DNA from: Candidatus Saccharimonadota bacterium
Lineage (GTDB): Bacteria > Patescibacteriota > Gracilibacteria > BD1-5 > UBA2023
Direction: 5' to 3'
Assembly: GCA_042852035.1 (NCBI GenBank)
Contig: BAAFHK010000001.1
Span: forward strand, 150,001-182,000
DNA length: 32,000 nucleotides
Below are positions 1 through 10,260 of this stretch, piece by piece. Made by a program: the position numbers and the translations under genes. A model generated the notes under the pieces. The model searched no databases. It saw only the letters and a list, made by a program, of their open reading frames with translations, and was not told the origin of the DNA. Every line of letters begins with the position of its first letter. Within the stretch, counting starts at the first letter, position 1.

Positions 1-211
1 ATGCAACTTCTCAACGAACCTTCATTACCATATGTGCTACATTATTTGCTCGAGCCTCTTCAGCTGTGATGTATCGAATACGCGATGTGACAATATTTGG
101 ATATAAGTCTATGGTTCTGGGTGCTTGAGCATTGGCAGTACTTACTGCTGCTGCAAGAGCAAATGATGTAAGAGTCGAACCGACAGAAAATTTGGACATT
201 TTATATGACAT
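1..211 (-). CDS. secreted hypothetical protein, N-terminal part only (runs off window start)
   Basis: ATG at 209-211 (alternative ATG at 197-199). MSKFSVGSTLTSFALAAAVSTANA/QAP looks like a Sec signal peptide. The tga at 11-13 is read as Gly, so the ORF continues past position 1. Confidence 0.5.
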
Positions 212-1046
212 TAGGGCTAGCGCTTTGATCGATTACGACTTTTTTTCCAGAGTTAAGGGGCTTTTTCTCAAGAGAATCCATTTTTACGTATCAGCTTACA
301 TCCGGACCCGTATGAATAGTAAACTTGTAGTAACGAACCCCCTGAATCTCAATAACTTCTCAGGTAAGCCGTACGGCATTTCACTTTGAGAGATGTAGAG
401 GGCTATCCTGCATTTTTAGAGTATCCCAGGTAAAATACCCAGAGTCAGACTTCAGAGTATATATTTGTCATTGTACTGTGGTATCGCGCATTTCTAGTGG
501 CTTCGGTGCTGGAGCAGGGGAGTATTTTTTTAGAAATGCTTCTTCAAGTTTGCTTTGGGTCAGTGGTCAAAATGCGCCATCCACATCATCTCAGGTGAGT
601 CCGAGTAATTCCTGGAGTTTTTTACAGTTTTCTACAGATTCTCTACTATAGATATCAGAATCATAGAATTTCTTGAATGCATTACGTATTCTCATTCATT
701 CATCTCAGGATGGATGAATAATTTGTCCATCAGCAAAAATCGTAGTCGAACGTTTCTTGAAGGACATCATCTGCTCATGATTGTAGGCAAGTATTTTTGT
801 ATCACTGTCATCGATAATGATCTTCGAAGGATTTTGGGCATCGAGTTTTATGACTTCGAGTTTTCCACGAGTATCCTCTTTAAGTGTTACGACTTCTTCA
901 TCTGCCTTTTTCCTTGCATTAGCTCTCGCAATCGCTATTTCACGAACTTGTTCGCTCGAGAGATTATATCGAGACATATCGCCATATCCGACATTTTTTC
1001 TCTCCCCTGAGACGTACATACTAACATCAAATGCATTACGTGCCAT
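201..1046 (-). CDS. peptidoglycan-binding (PG_binding_1-like) plus SH3b-like domain protein, 281 aa, no signal peptide
   Basis: One continuous frame from ATG 1044-1046 to TAA 201-203 once the tga codons at 705, 696, 591 and others are read as Gly. The motif VENCKKLQELLGLTGDDVDGAFGPLTQSKLEEAF fits the PG-binding repeat. The C-terminal GNAVRLTGEVIEIQGVRYYKFTIHTGPDVSGYVKMDSL is SH3b-like. Confidence 0.7.
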
Positions 1047-1169
1047 AGTATAATTGGTTATTTTATATATAATATATTATTTTCTTAGAAATGCAAGATA
1101 AGAATATTCCATAAAAAGTCATCATTTGTATTTCACTCTGATGAATTTTTTTAGAAGGAGAAGTGTCTC

Positions 1170-1637
1170 TTATTTCAATGTTTCGATTATATGATTACAC
1201 GATTGGATATCACTTGTTTTTTCAGCTTCTCTCAGAGTACAAGCGACACTATATACATCACCTCATACTGTTTTCCATGCCTCTTTGTGGTAAAATTCAT
1301 TTTGTCAGAGAGTGGTTGTGTATTCGACATATTTTCCAGGAACCCCTCAGACATTTAGATTATTTATTGCTAAGGCTCATCTTGCCTTATAGTGTTCGAA
1401 TATTTCAGCATCAGTCTTTGGGGTAACTATTTTTTGTTTTCCGGCGACGATAATTGATTTCGTTTTTTCATTGAGAAAATTGACATATCATCCAGTTTCT
1501 TTGCCCGCTTTCCATGATGAGGGATACTCTAGTTCCATTCAGTTTGTTCCCGTATATTTCGTATAACCGCCAGATCCACATGAGGTGAGAAATAAAGAAA
1601 GAACCGAAAAGATACCGAGAGAGAGTATTGCCTTCAT
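1170..1637 (-). CDS. lipoprotein, 155 aa
   Basis: MKAILSLGIFSVLSLFLTSC has a lipobox (LTS-C). Six in-frame tga codons and a TAA stop at 1170-1172. Missed by the ORF track because of the tga codons. Confidence 0.7.
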
Positions 1638-1703
1638 AGAAAAAAATAATTATAGAATAGGCGTAACAAATTCAGTATAGACAAAATCAAAACAGAAACA
1701 ATA

Positions 1704-2411
1704 TTATCCCCTCCAGCTTTTTCCGACAAGCTTCTCAGTAATATGAAATACCCATGCAAAACGATGACGGGGTTTCTTGCGAAAACAAAGGAGCCAAACT
1801 GCAAGATTTGATCCTGCGAGATAGAGTGGATAGATAAGGTCATGAAAGGTATAATTTTCTACCGCTATAAGTGAAAATATTCAGGAGAGCATCGCGAGGA
1901 ACCAAGCCCATTTGTCTTCCGTTTCGGGTTCTTTGTAGAGTTTTGTGAATATAGAAATAGCACCCATTGCATCGATAAGGGTATTCGTAAAAAGAACAAT
2001 CATAGCTACCTGTAATTCGTCGAATTCCAATTCTCAGGCGACATGAGGAAAATGTGAAAATACTGCCCAAATAATGAGGGAAAAAAGAGAAATCGCAAAA
2101 TAAAAAACTTCAACTTTATTAATTTTTGCTTCCCCATACTGAAATGCGAGTATAATGATGAGGAGTTGATTGATCGCATAAGCAAGAGCTGCTACTATTG
2201 TACTCATGCTATTGAGCTCATAGGCCGATATGAGGACGCAGATTGTCGCGAGCTCATAAAGTATCCATCCGACGATGTTTGGCTTTGTTTCTCCTCGGAT
2301 AATCGATCGCATATAGCGAAACGATGACGCGAAAATAATGACGGTACTAATAGCCGCTGCAAGCTCATGAAACGTAATCGATGTCTTTAAGAATGTAGAG
2401 AGAAAATCCAT
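1704..2411 (-). CDS. multi-pass integral membrane protein, 235 aa
   Basis: Track ORF 2034..2411 continues through the tga at 2034 and 1881 to TAA 1704-1706. It contains several hydrophobic helices. Confidence 0.7.
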
Positions 2412-2413
2412 AT

Positions 2414-2860
2414 TTATTCGTATTCATCAGCCTCTTCGACAGCATCATCGATGAACTGATTGACAAAATTCTTGGAGAGAAGGAGTATGATCATCCCTAT
2501 GGCGAGTGATGCGATGGAGGACTTTATCGGATGACCGACAAAGAGGAAGTTATCTGCAAGATTCCATATCCCACGCCAAAAAAGGATAATCGCCGCACCA
2601 ATAAGAAATGCTTCAATACGTTTCATCCAGAGTTCCCAGAGCGTATAGCGATGATGAAAGAAGCGGAATCTTCGTATTTTATCGACAGTACTCACTAATT
2701 TGTCATAAAATCCTCGTTTTGGATGAAGTTTTTCGAAAAATCGGCTTCCAATCGGTGCCGTTTCTTCGACTTGGCGAGTCATCCATTTTTCCGCATGCTC
2801 AAGTTTGTTCTTGAGTGTTTCAATTTCTGCGAGAAGTTCTTGTTCTCTTTTGGTAGCCAT
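2414..2860 (-). CDS. membrane protein with N-terminal coiled coil, 148 aa
   Basis: Intact ORF with ATG 2858-2860 and TAA 2414-2416. Two hydrophobic segments. It ends 2 nt before the next start, which suggests an operon with 1704..2411. Confidence 0.7.
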   Translation of the reverse strand: MATKREQELLAEIETLKNKLEHAEKWMTRQVEETAPIGSRFFEKLHPKRGFYDKLVSTVDKIRRFRFFHHRYTLWELWMKRIEAFLIGAAIILFWRGIWNLADNFLFVGHPIKSSIASLAIGMIILLLSKNFVNQFIDDAVEEADEYE

Positions 2861-2889
2861 AATCTGAGTGTATCATAACATTCTTTTTA

Positions 2890-2917
2890 TTGCAAAAAAG
2901 TATGATTTTTATATATT
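2890..2917 (+). promoter_or_regulatory. sigma70-like promoter upstream of serS
   Basis: TTGCAA (2890-2895), 16-nt spacer, TATATT (2912-2917), about 27 nt before the serS ATG. Confidence 0.35.
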
Positions 2918-2944
2918 GGAAGAAGCTTACCTATATTTTCTTTT

Positions 2945-4246
2945 ATGATTGATATCAAAATCCTCCGAACGAATCCTGAGATCGTCCGCAAAACCCTCCA
3001 TGACAAAGTCACGAAATGAGTGGATCTCGATGAAGTACTCCGTCTCGATAGTGAACGTGTGAGACTCCAACAAGAACTCGATGCTCTCAGGGCTCGCAAG
3101 AATGAAATCTCTGCGAGTATGGGAAAAGGGAAGCCTGAACCTGCGGTTCTCGAAGAAGCAAAAAGCGTGAAAGAAAAAATCCAATCCCTCGAACCAGAAT
3201 ATGATCGAGTCGAATCTGAATTTCTCACGCTCTTCAAAAAAATCCCAAATATCCCAACTTCAGATACTCCGATAGGGCTCACAGAAGAAGAAAATGTGAC
3301 CGTTAAACAATGGGGGAAGATTCGAGAATTCGATTTTCCAGTCCGAAATCATGCCGAAATCGCTGAAATCCGTGGATGGATCGATAAAGAGCGCGCCGCT
3401 AATGTTGCTGGTTCTCGTTTTGCCTACCTCAAGGGTGACCTCGTGAAACTCCAATTCGCCCTCATCCAGTGGGTGATGGATACGCTCTGAGATAGTGCGG
3501 TCCTCGATAAGGTTATCGCCGAACATGGACTGTCGGTATCAAACAAACCATTCACTCCCGTCCTTCCTCCATACATGATCAAGACCGCTCCCTATGATGC
3601 GATGGATAGACTCGAGCCTCGCGAAGAACGCTACAAAATCGAAGGAGAAGATCTCTGGCTCCAGGGAAGTGCTGAGCACGTCCTCGGTTCGATGCACGCA
3701 GGGGAGATATTCGCAGAAGCCGATATGCCGGTCCGCTATCTCGGATATGCGACATCATTTCGTGGTGAAGCTGGTACCTATGGGAAGGATATGGAGGGGA
3801 TTATCCGCATGCACCAATTCGATAAACTCGAGATGGAGTCATTCTCTACCGCTGAGGCCTCTCACGATGAGCACCTCCTCTTCGCAGGACTCCAGGAATA
3901 CCTTATGCAGCAACTCGAAATCCCATACCAAAAACTCCAGAAGTGTACCTTCGACATCGGAAAGCCGAATGCAAAAGGATCTGATATCGAGGCATGGCTT
4001 CCAGGACAGCAGAAATATCGAGAGACGCATACTGCTGACTATATGACCGACTATCAGTCTCGTCGCCTCCAGACTCGTGTACGCAGAGCTTCAGGTGAGG
4101 TAGAGCTCATACACACGAACGATGCTACAGCATTCGCCTGCGGTCGTGCACTCGTCGCGATCATGGAGAACTATCAGAATGCCGATGCCACTATCACAAT
4201 TCCGAAAGTGCTCAGGAATTATATGGGAGGGAAGGAGAGGATATAA
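2945..4246 (+). CDS. serS: seryl-tRNA synthetase, 433 aa
   Basis: MIDIKILRTNPEIV start, N-terminal coiled-coil arm, and class II core (FRGEAGTYGKD, IRMHQFDKLE, TNDATAFACGRALVAIMENYQ). Three track fragments in one frame are joined by the tga at 3017 and 3488. Confidence 0.95.
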
Positions 4247-4269
4247 TTTACTTTCTAACCAAACTTAAT

Positions 4270-5469
4270 ATGACAGCCATTGTTGTAGTCTTAAATAAGA
4301 ATTGAGTTTGAATAGCTGCAGATAGGGCATGAAGTGTTAATTGAGAGGTAACAAAAGTATTTGATAGCAATAAGCTATTCAGGCTTTCTAGAACAATTCC
4401 AGTTGGATTGTCAGTATATGCAAATTCAGAATTCATGTGAGTACCATGGGAAATTCTAGTCAAAGAATATAAAAAAAATGATAAATGTTTACATAGTATT
4501 GGTGATTACAAAAGTGACTTTATAAAATTTCTCTGAAATTTTGATTTACATGATCCAACGCCGCTTGAAAGACAGGTAATTTATCATTTCTTTTCAAAGT
4601 TAAGATCAAAAACAATTACAACTATTGATAGAGCTATTGATAATAATCCATGACTAAATTATGATCAAATCACAGAGATTATTAAAAATGAAATCATTTT
4701 AAATACTTATAATGATATAAATTTATCAGTAAAGCAAGTATCTCCAAATATATGAATGACTTCTAAAATGATAAACGATATAATTAAATGAAATATTGAA
4801 TTGATTGCAGGGCAAATTAAAATAATTTTCAAAAATATCGAATTGAAAAATGAGGATTTGGAGCTACTTATTAAGGCAATTAAGCTAGAATTAAAGTACT
4901 TTATTTACTGGAAATCCTATTCGTGAGTTATAATTACTTGATTCTGAAAAAATGATATATTTCCCTCCCTGAAAGAAATTATATTTTATTGAAAAATTTA
5001 TTGAAAAATAATCTATAAAGATTGAGAAGACTTTGCTATTACTCATAAGGTTACGTGATGAATCATTCCTTTTGCACAAAAAGATGTTGTCCAAAATATA
5101 ATAAATTGAATAAATCCTTTAGTAGAATGAAATCTTAAATCGGAGACAATGGCACTTATTAATAAATCCAAACTATCTAAGCCAAATAAAGAACTTTTAA
5201 ATAAGTCAATTATTGAAAAATTTTCAGAAACAAAACGAGCTTACTCAGAAAAATTAGTTAATATGTTGGAATTTTTTTCAATAAATGAGTTATGAAATAT
5301 TGCTGAAACACTTATCAACCTTACCTCATTCAATAGAAGAGTGAGAATGGAAGATGAATCAGTTTGACTTTGAACCGATGTTGCTATAATATCTAAGTAT
5401 GATTGATTCATTTGGAGTAAGCGAAAACACTATTTTGAACCCAATTTAAATCCTCATTATTTTAAGTAA
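4270..5469 (+). CDS. hypothetical protein with proteasome-beta/HslV-like Ntn-hydrolase N-terminus, 399 aa
   Basis: ATG 4270 to TAA 5467-5469 with no TAA or TAG in frame but 23 tga codons. Starts M-T-AIVVVLNKNGVGIAADRAGS, and later has SGVIITGFGKNDIFPSL. Very low GC. Invisible in the ORF track under the standard code. Confidence 0.6.
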
Positions 5470-5470
5470 T

Positions 5471-5590
5471 ATGACAAAATTAGCAGATTTTGAAATCAAT
5501 GTACCTCCGGAAGTAAAAAAGATGAAGTTTAATTCTAAGAAGGATATTTATGAGAATCTCTTTAATCTAGATATTGATTTTAAGAACTAG
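5471..5590 (+). CDS. 39-aa micro-ORF coupled to the preceding gene
   Basis: The ATG lies 1 nt after the upstream stop. Peptide MTKLADFEINVPPEVKKMKFNSKKDIYENLFNLDIDFKN. The TAG at 5588-5590 overlaps the terminator stem. Confidence 0.35.
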   Translation: MTKLADFEINVPPEVKKMKFNSKKDIYENLFNLDIDFKN

Positions 5591-5609
5591 CCCAAAACGG
5601 GCTTTTTTT
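5589..5609 (+). terminator. rho-independent terminator
   Basis: Stem agccc/gggct with loop aaaac, followed by a T-run. Confidence 0.6.
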
Positions 5610-5765
5610 ATGCTTTAATTCTCTATGTATAAAATTAAAAACATCACTCTTAGTCTCCTTACGTCTCGCACCATCCTCATCCTATTCTCTACGGATGGGC
5701 GAGTCCATAACTATGAGCTTCACTAAGAATCTTGTCTCGTGAATATAAATCTCTAATGTTGTACC

Positions 5766-5790
5766 AAAAATCCCTATCATAAGGGATTTT
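5766..5790 (-). terminator. rho-independent terminator after phnA (hairpin usable in both directions)
   Basis: Stem atccct/agggat with a 6-nt loop, flanked by an A-run and a T-run. Confidence 0.6.
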
Positions 5791-5807
5791 AAAATATATG
5801 CTTCTCT

Positions 5808-6032
5808 TTAGTCCACCTTCTTCACAAACTCGGTTCGTAGGACGAGTCACTTAATCTCGGGAGTATTGGCGGTGATTTCTTCAGAATCATCCGTCAGTCG
5901 GATATTTTTCACTTTGGTTCATTTTTTGAGAGTGACTTTGGTTCACTTTACTGAGAGTTCGCGAGTGAGCTGGACTGAGTCTCCAGAGGAGAGAGTATTT
6001 CCGAATGCGTCGGTGACGATGCTGTCTGACAT
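5808..6032 (-). CDS. phnA: PhnA/YjdM-family protein, C-terminal domain only, 74 aa
   Basis: MSDSIVTDAFGNTLSSGDSVQLTRELSVKGTKVTLKKGTKVKNIRLTDDSEEITANTPEIKGLVLRTEFVKKVD matches the conserved PhnA C-domain. Three tga codons read as Gly. Confidence 0.85.
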
Positions 6033-6203
6033 TTTGTAAAGGTAAAAGGTAAGATACAGAGAGTATAGTTGTATTCGACAGAAAATAAAAGTTTTCTCGT
6101 ATTAAAACTCTTTGGTTTTTCCTGGTCTCACTATCCTTCAAAAGGAGAGAGAATATATATAAGCCTACATCGTGAGTTGTATCGAGCGAGTAAGGCACTC
6201 TAT

Positions 6204-6866
6204 CTAATGACCAACAAACCACTCAAATAATCTCCCACTCTCGAGATATTCTGGATGCCACTGCACGCCATAGTGGGGGAGCGTTGTATGCTCGATGGCT
6301 TCGATTTCTTCATCGAAGGAGCTACGAGCAACGACACGGAGTCATGCCCCGAGCGAGTCGACGGCTTGGTGGTGGATGGAGTTGATTTTGAGCTTTTTGC
6401 TCACGTAGAGTGCTGAGAGGAAGGTATCATCTTCGATGTGGATCTCATCGATTTTCTCATAGCCACGTTCGGGTTGGAAGTGGTAGGTATTTTCTTCGAG
6501 GTCTTGTTTCAGAGTTCCACCGTGATAGACATTTATGAGCTGCATCCCTTTACATATACCGAGGATGGGCTTATTGTTTTTTGTAATCTCTTCCATCGAA
6601 GACAGGAGGAATCGGTCATAACTCGGGATGGTTCCACGAGCTCCGTCCATATCTCGACCATAGAGTGAAGGATCGATATCCTGTCCACCAGGGAAGATGA
6701 AGGCGTCAGAGAGATTGAGGTAGAATTTGATATTTGAAGAGAAGCAGGGGATGATGATGGCGATACTTCAGGTTGCTTCAATCTTTGAAATATAATCAAA
6801 TGACAGATTATTAAAGAGTCTGCCTGCATATTCCCGACGTTGAGCGAAGATACCGATATGTTTCAT
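6204..6866 (-). CDS. class I glutamine amidotransferase, peptidase C26 (gamma-glutamyl hydrolase-like), 220 aa
   Basis: GICKGMQ nucleophile elbow, HHQAV, and GVQWHPE. ATG 6864-6866 and TAG 6204-6206. The tga codons at 6768 and 6342 are read through. Confidence 0.9.
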
Positions 6867-6980
6867 AATTGGATTATGAGATTTTTTTCATTTTTTCAAA
6901 TGAGAATTCCTTCTTGGAAATGGATTCTTCCTTGATTTTCCCAAAGGAAAGATATCATAGGGTGTATAATAATCCTTTTT

Positions 6981-7727
6981 ATGAAATTTTTTCTCCTTCT
7001 TGCTCTTTTATTTTTTGTACCATCATATGCATTCGCGGCTTCTCTATGAGTTCCTGGAAGTGACCGTGATGAGCATGGATGTATCTGATCAGCAGGATAT
7101 AGTTGGTCTTCGCCACTTGAGAAGTGTATCCGAAGCTGGGAATACTATACTATCGATATAGCGTCGCTTCCTTTACTTGGTAATGAGAAGCTCGAAAAAA
7201 TGGTCCTTCGAGAAACCAAACGAATAGAACAACAATTTCGACAAAATGCCGAAGAAATCATCCGTGATATGAGTGGGGAGGTGATAGATCCAGATAGATA
7301 CATGCTCAATATCACCTATGAGGTAGTAAATACAGGAAGTATTATCTCAGTCCTTATGAATACCTATACCTATCTCTGAGGAGCACACGGTGCTGATACG
7401 GTATCTACATGGAATTACGACACCAAGGCTCGACGTCTTATCCCATTGTGGAAGGTGGTTACTCCGACTCGACTCAAGACAGAATCGAAGCGTATAGCTG
7501 ATTCACTCCAATCCTACTATACAAAAGAGGGATATCCTCTGGATAAGGTATGGCTCGAAGAGTGACTCAATCCAAAAGTAATAGCCAACTATAAGAGCTG
7601 GACTCTATCAACTGATGCGAGTGGGAACTTCCTCGATATGCTTGTCTATTTTGCTGACTATCAGGTAGGTCCACATGCTATCGGTATGCCAAAAGCGAAG
7701 ATCAATCTTGCTCCTACTTCAAAATAA
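6981..7727 (+). CDS. secreted DUF3298/DUF4163-like (RsiV-like fold) protein, 248 aa
   Basis: Signal peptide MKFFLLLALLFFVPSYAFA. Motifs YTYLGGAHG and FADYQVGPHAIG. Four tga codons. Confidence 0.75.
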
Positions 7728-7746
7728 TTTATACCCCTCTTCTTTT

Positions 7747-8136
7747 ATGAAAAGACTTTTTATTCCCCTTCTTGTTCTTCCTGTGGTGCTTTCTCCTTTT
7801 GTTGGGAATACTCTTGGTGTTACTGGGACGATTGTTGTTTCGGGTGAAACGAAAATAAATACGAAATCTCCTCGACTCAATCAAACTCAACTGACTCGCA
7901 TACAGCTTCAGAGAAAACTCGTGGCACTTTTGGGAGAAATGCAGACCCTCAAGCAGAAGATAAAAATAGTAAAACTTCGTATAGAACGAAAGGTTCGTAT
8001 GAACCTCACGCATACGATAGATGATGCCTCTCTTCAAAATCTCTTAAAGCAATATGATGAAGCACAAAAAGCAGCATCCGATATAAAGAAGAAACTTGAA
8101 GATACTGCTTCGGGGGCTCTCCAAAAAATCGGATAA
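7747..8136 (+). CDS. secreted coiled-coil protein, 129 aa
   Basis: Starts at MKRLFIPLLVLPVVLSPFVGNTLG, inside track ORF 7675..8136. Heptad-like K/Q/L-rich region. TAA stop. Confidence 0.65.
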   Translation: MKRLFIPLLVLPVVLSPFVGNTLGVTGTIVVSGETKINTKSPRLNQTQLTRIQLQRKLVALLGEMQTLKQKIKIVKLRIERKVRMNLTHTIDDASLQNLLKQYDEAQKAASDIKKKLEDTASGALQKIG

Positions 8137-8142
8137 CGAACG

Positions 8143-8616
8143 CTACTTATGGCTTTCCTCATGATTGAGGAGCCATTTTTTTCGTTCAATACCTGCCCCA
8201 TATCAGACGAGGCTTCCATCAGCACCGATAACTCGATGACAGGGAATAATGATAATGATGGGATTTTTATTGTTTGCCCCACCTACGGCTCGGATTGCTT
8301 TCGGATTTCACATAATTGCAGCTTCTTCTTTGTAGCTTCTTGTTTCTCCGTAAGGGATTTTTTTGAGAGCATCCCAGGCTTTTTTCTGGAATTCAGATCC
8401 ACTTGGATCGAGGGGGATCGAGAATTCTTTACGTACTCAGGCAAAGAATTCGCTGAGTTCTTTTTTTGTTTGGACGATTATAGTGTTTTCACCTCAAAAA
8501 TCGTCAGGATTACTATCATGGGCGTCATCGAATCTGAGTTCACAGAGATGTGAATCAGTTGCTCGGGCAATGATATTTCCTAACGGGGAGTCTATACGAG
8601 TAGAAAAGAATTTCAT
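8143..8616 (-). CDS. ogt: methylated-DNA-protein-cysteine methyltransferase, 157 aa
   Basis: IPCHRV active site, YGETRSY, and [23 protein letters not shown]. Four tga codons read as Gly. TAG at 8143-8145. Confidence 0.9.
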
Positions 8617-8698
8617 AGTAAAATCACTATAATGAAACCTCGTGATTACAAAAATAGGAACTAATTGATATTTATAATAATTATGTTATAATAAAAAA

Positions 8699-9076
8699 AT
8701 GAATGCCGTAAAAGGATATACAGACACAACAACGGATTCTGTGCTTGTATGAAGCGCACAGTGAATCACTGCTCCGAATCTTATTGCTCTTTGTTGACCA
8801 AGAATCGATGCAATTGAATCGATACAATTACGAAATGCTCTCTGAGAATTACTCGGGCGGATACAAGAGAGGATGTCAAGAAAAGATATCTGAGGAGCTC
8901 TCACACAGATTCACAATATTCCACTTCAGTATCATATGCTTTCTGGTGTTCCATTGAGTGATATTCATCGGTGTAGTGAGCTTTATACATTGCTCCTTTG
9001 AGAAAATGATCGACTCTTTGGTCTTATGTATCCCTCTGAAGTCAGGCAAAAGGCTGATCAGATTATAAAAAAGTAA
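8699..9076 (+). CDS. hypothetical protein, 125 aa
   Basis: 378 nt with no TAA or TAG and 6 in-frame tga codons. Followed directly by a terminator. The competing minus-strand ORFs are short. Confidence 0.55.
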
Positions 9077-9104
9077 AAAAAACACCTAAGATGGTGTTTT
9101 TTTA
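9077..9104. terminator. bidirectional rho-independent terminator
   Basis: Stem aacacc/ggtgtt (9081-9098) flanked by an A-run and a T-run, between convergent genes. Confidence 0.6.
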
Positions 9105-9728
9105 CTGAAACAATTGGATTACCATCGGTGATTTACTTGCTTCTCAGTTGAAGTTATATCCAGCTGAAGTCTTTTCGATCGTGTAGCCAAACTTCTTTAA
9201 TGAATCTATGAGCTTCTCAGTCATTTCTGAATCTGTTCCAGAGAGAGTTCCTGATATCGTTTTTTCACCAATATCAAGGGTATAAGAAAGAGTTTTATCA
9301 TTTATGATTCGGGTACCATTATATTTCCCGATAGATGCTGGAGTATTCATCATGCTTTCTCGGATTTTATTCATTCTTGTATAGAATTCTTGTTGTTCTC
9401 TGTGGAAGTTTTCGATTTCATCCTCTATGTCTGTTTCATGGAATCGAGGGAAATCATGTCTCATTTTTGGCCATCCGTTTGTCGCTATGGTGTCTCGCAT
9501 ATAGAACATATTTCATCGACCCTCATAGAGAGAATGTTCTCTGAAAAACATGATAACCAATAATGCAAAAAGCAGTGCTATAACCATCCATGGAAATCAT
9601 GGATTTTTTAAGCATGTATCGAGAAACGATTTTTTGTGATTTTTTCCATCATGTCCGTGAGATTCATGAGATTTCTTATTATCATGAGATTCATTTTCTT
9701 CATGATTTTGAGGAGCTTTATCGTTCAT
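9102..9728 (-). CDS. single-pass membrane protein with His-rich N-terminal tail, 208 aa
   Basis: ATG 9726-9728. His-rich stretch HEENESHDNKKSHESHGHDGKNHKK, then TM helix WMVIALLFALLVIMFF, then track ORF 9144..9509. Extended through the tga at 9144 to TAA 9102-9104. Confidence 0.65.
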
Positions 9729-9786
9729 AAGAAAAAAATTATGTGTAAGCTAAAATATTGTATGAAATTGTAGGTAAAAAGCGAGT

Positions 9787-9811
9787 AAGAAAAACCCTGA
9801 TAATTCAGGGT
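9787..9811 (-). terminator. rho-independent terminator
   Basis: Stem accctga/tcagggt with loop taat, and a T-run on the minus strand. Overlaps the stop of 9811..10233. Confidence 0.55.
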
Positions 9812-10233
9812 TATGCGAGTGATTGAAGTTCCTTTTGTACCTTTTCGAGGTCTCATTTTGCCTCATCGTCACTCGGATTTTCTTCGAGGTAGTCTTTGAG
9901 ATATGCTTCGGTGCTTTCAAGAGATTGTTTCCTCAGAAGTTTTTCTGATTCACTTTGTCGTTTCTCAAGGCGGCGTTTCTCATATTTTTGGAGATCAACT
10001 CATTCAGGAAGATGACGAACATCTGCTGGAAGTGAGCGTACTTCTTCAAACTCTGAGAGAAGAGGATTCCACGTCTTCCATGGACTCCACCAGTCACCGA
10101 GATATGCACGAGGAAGGAAGTCTGGATTCTCATCAAGAAATGTTCTATAAGCATCATAGTCATCGAAATCTTTCTGGAATGTATGAACTTTCCCGTTCAC
10201 ATTTGATCGGGAGATGACACGTCATTTGAACAT
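9811..10233 (-). CDS. hypothetical acidic/coiled-coil protein, 140 aa
   Basis: ATG 10231-10233 (the track start at 10200 is a GTG). The tga codons at 10222, 10000 and 9853 are read through. TAA at 9811-9813. Confidence 0.6.
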
Positions 10234-10260
10234 ATGCAAAGGGGTTAAGGATAAGTATTT

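Noticed and set aside
641-650. A possible in-frame stop splitting 201..1046 into two genes, with a start-less PG-binding ORF downstream.
   Set aside because: Re-indexing the bases shows gat atc tat agt aga gaa in frame, with no TAA or TAG. It is one continuous 281-codon ORF.
714-1053. Plus-strand ORFs 714..1010 and 817..1053.
   Set aside because: They are antisense shadows of the PG-binding protein gene, with low-complexity Ser/Phe/Leu-rich translations.
4247-5610. The low-GC islet as a classical mobile element (IS, integron cassette or prophage fragment).
   Set aside because: I could see no transposase, integrase, tRNA target, or flanking direct or inverted repeats. It is kept as a compositional islet of unknown origin.
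5625-5726. 33-codon plus-strand ORF (MYKIKNITLS...) between two terminators.
   Set aside because: It has no promoter-like motif, no recognisable features, and is very short. It may be a gene remnant, but there is not enough support to call it.
5887-6222. 111-aa minus-strand ORF from the track; also considered as a structured RNA (tmRNA, RNase P or SRP) region.
   Set aside because: The sequence is not protein-like and overlaps the well-supported phnA-like ORF (5808..6032) in another frame. I could not find any conserved tmRNA, RNase P or SRP motifs.
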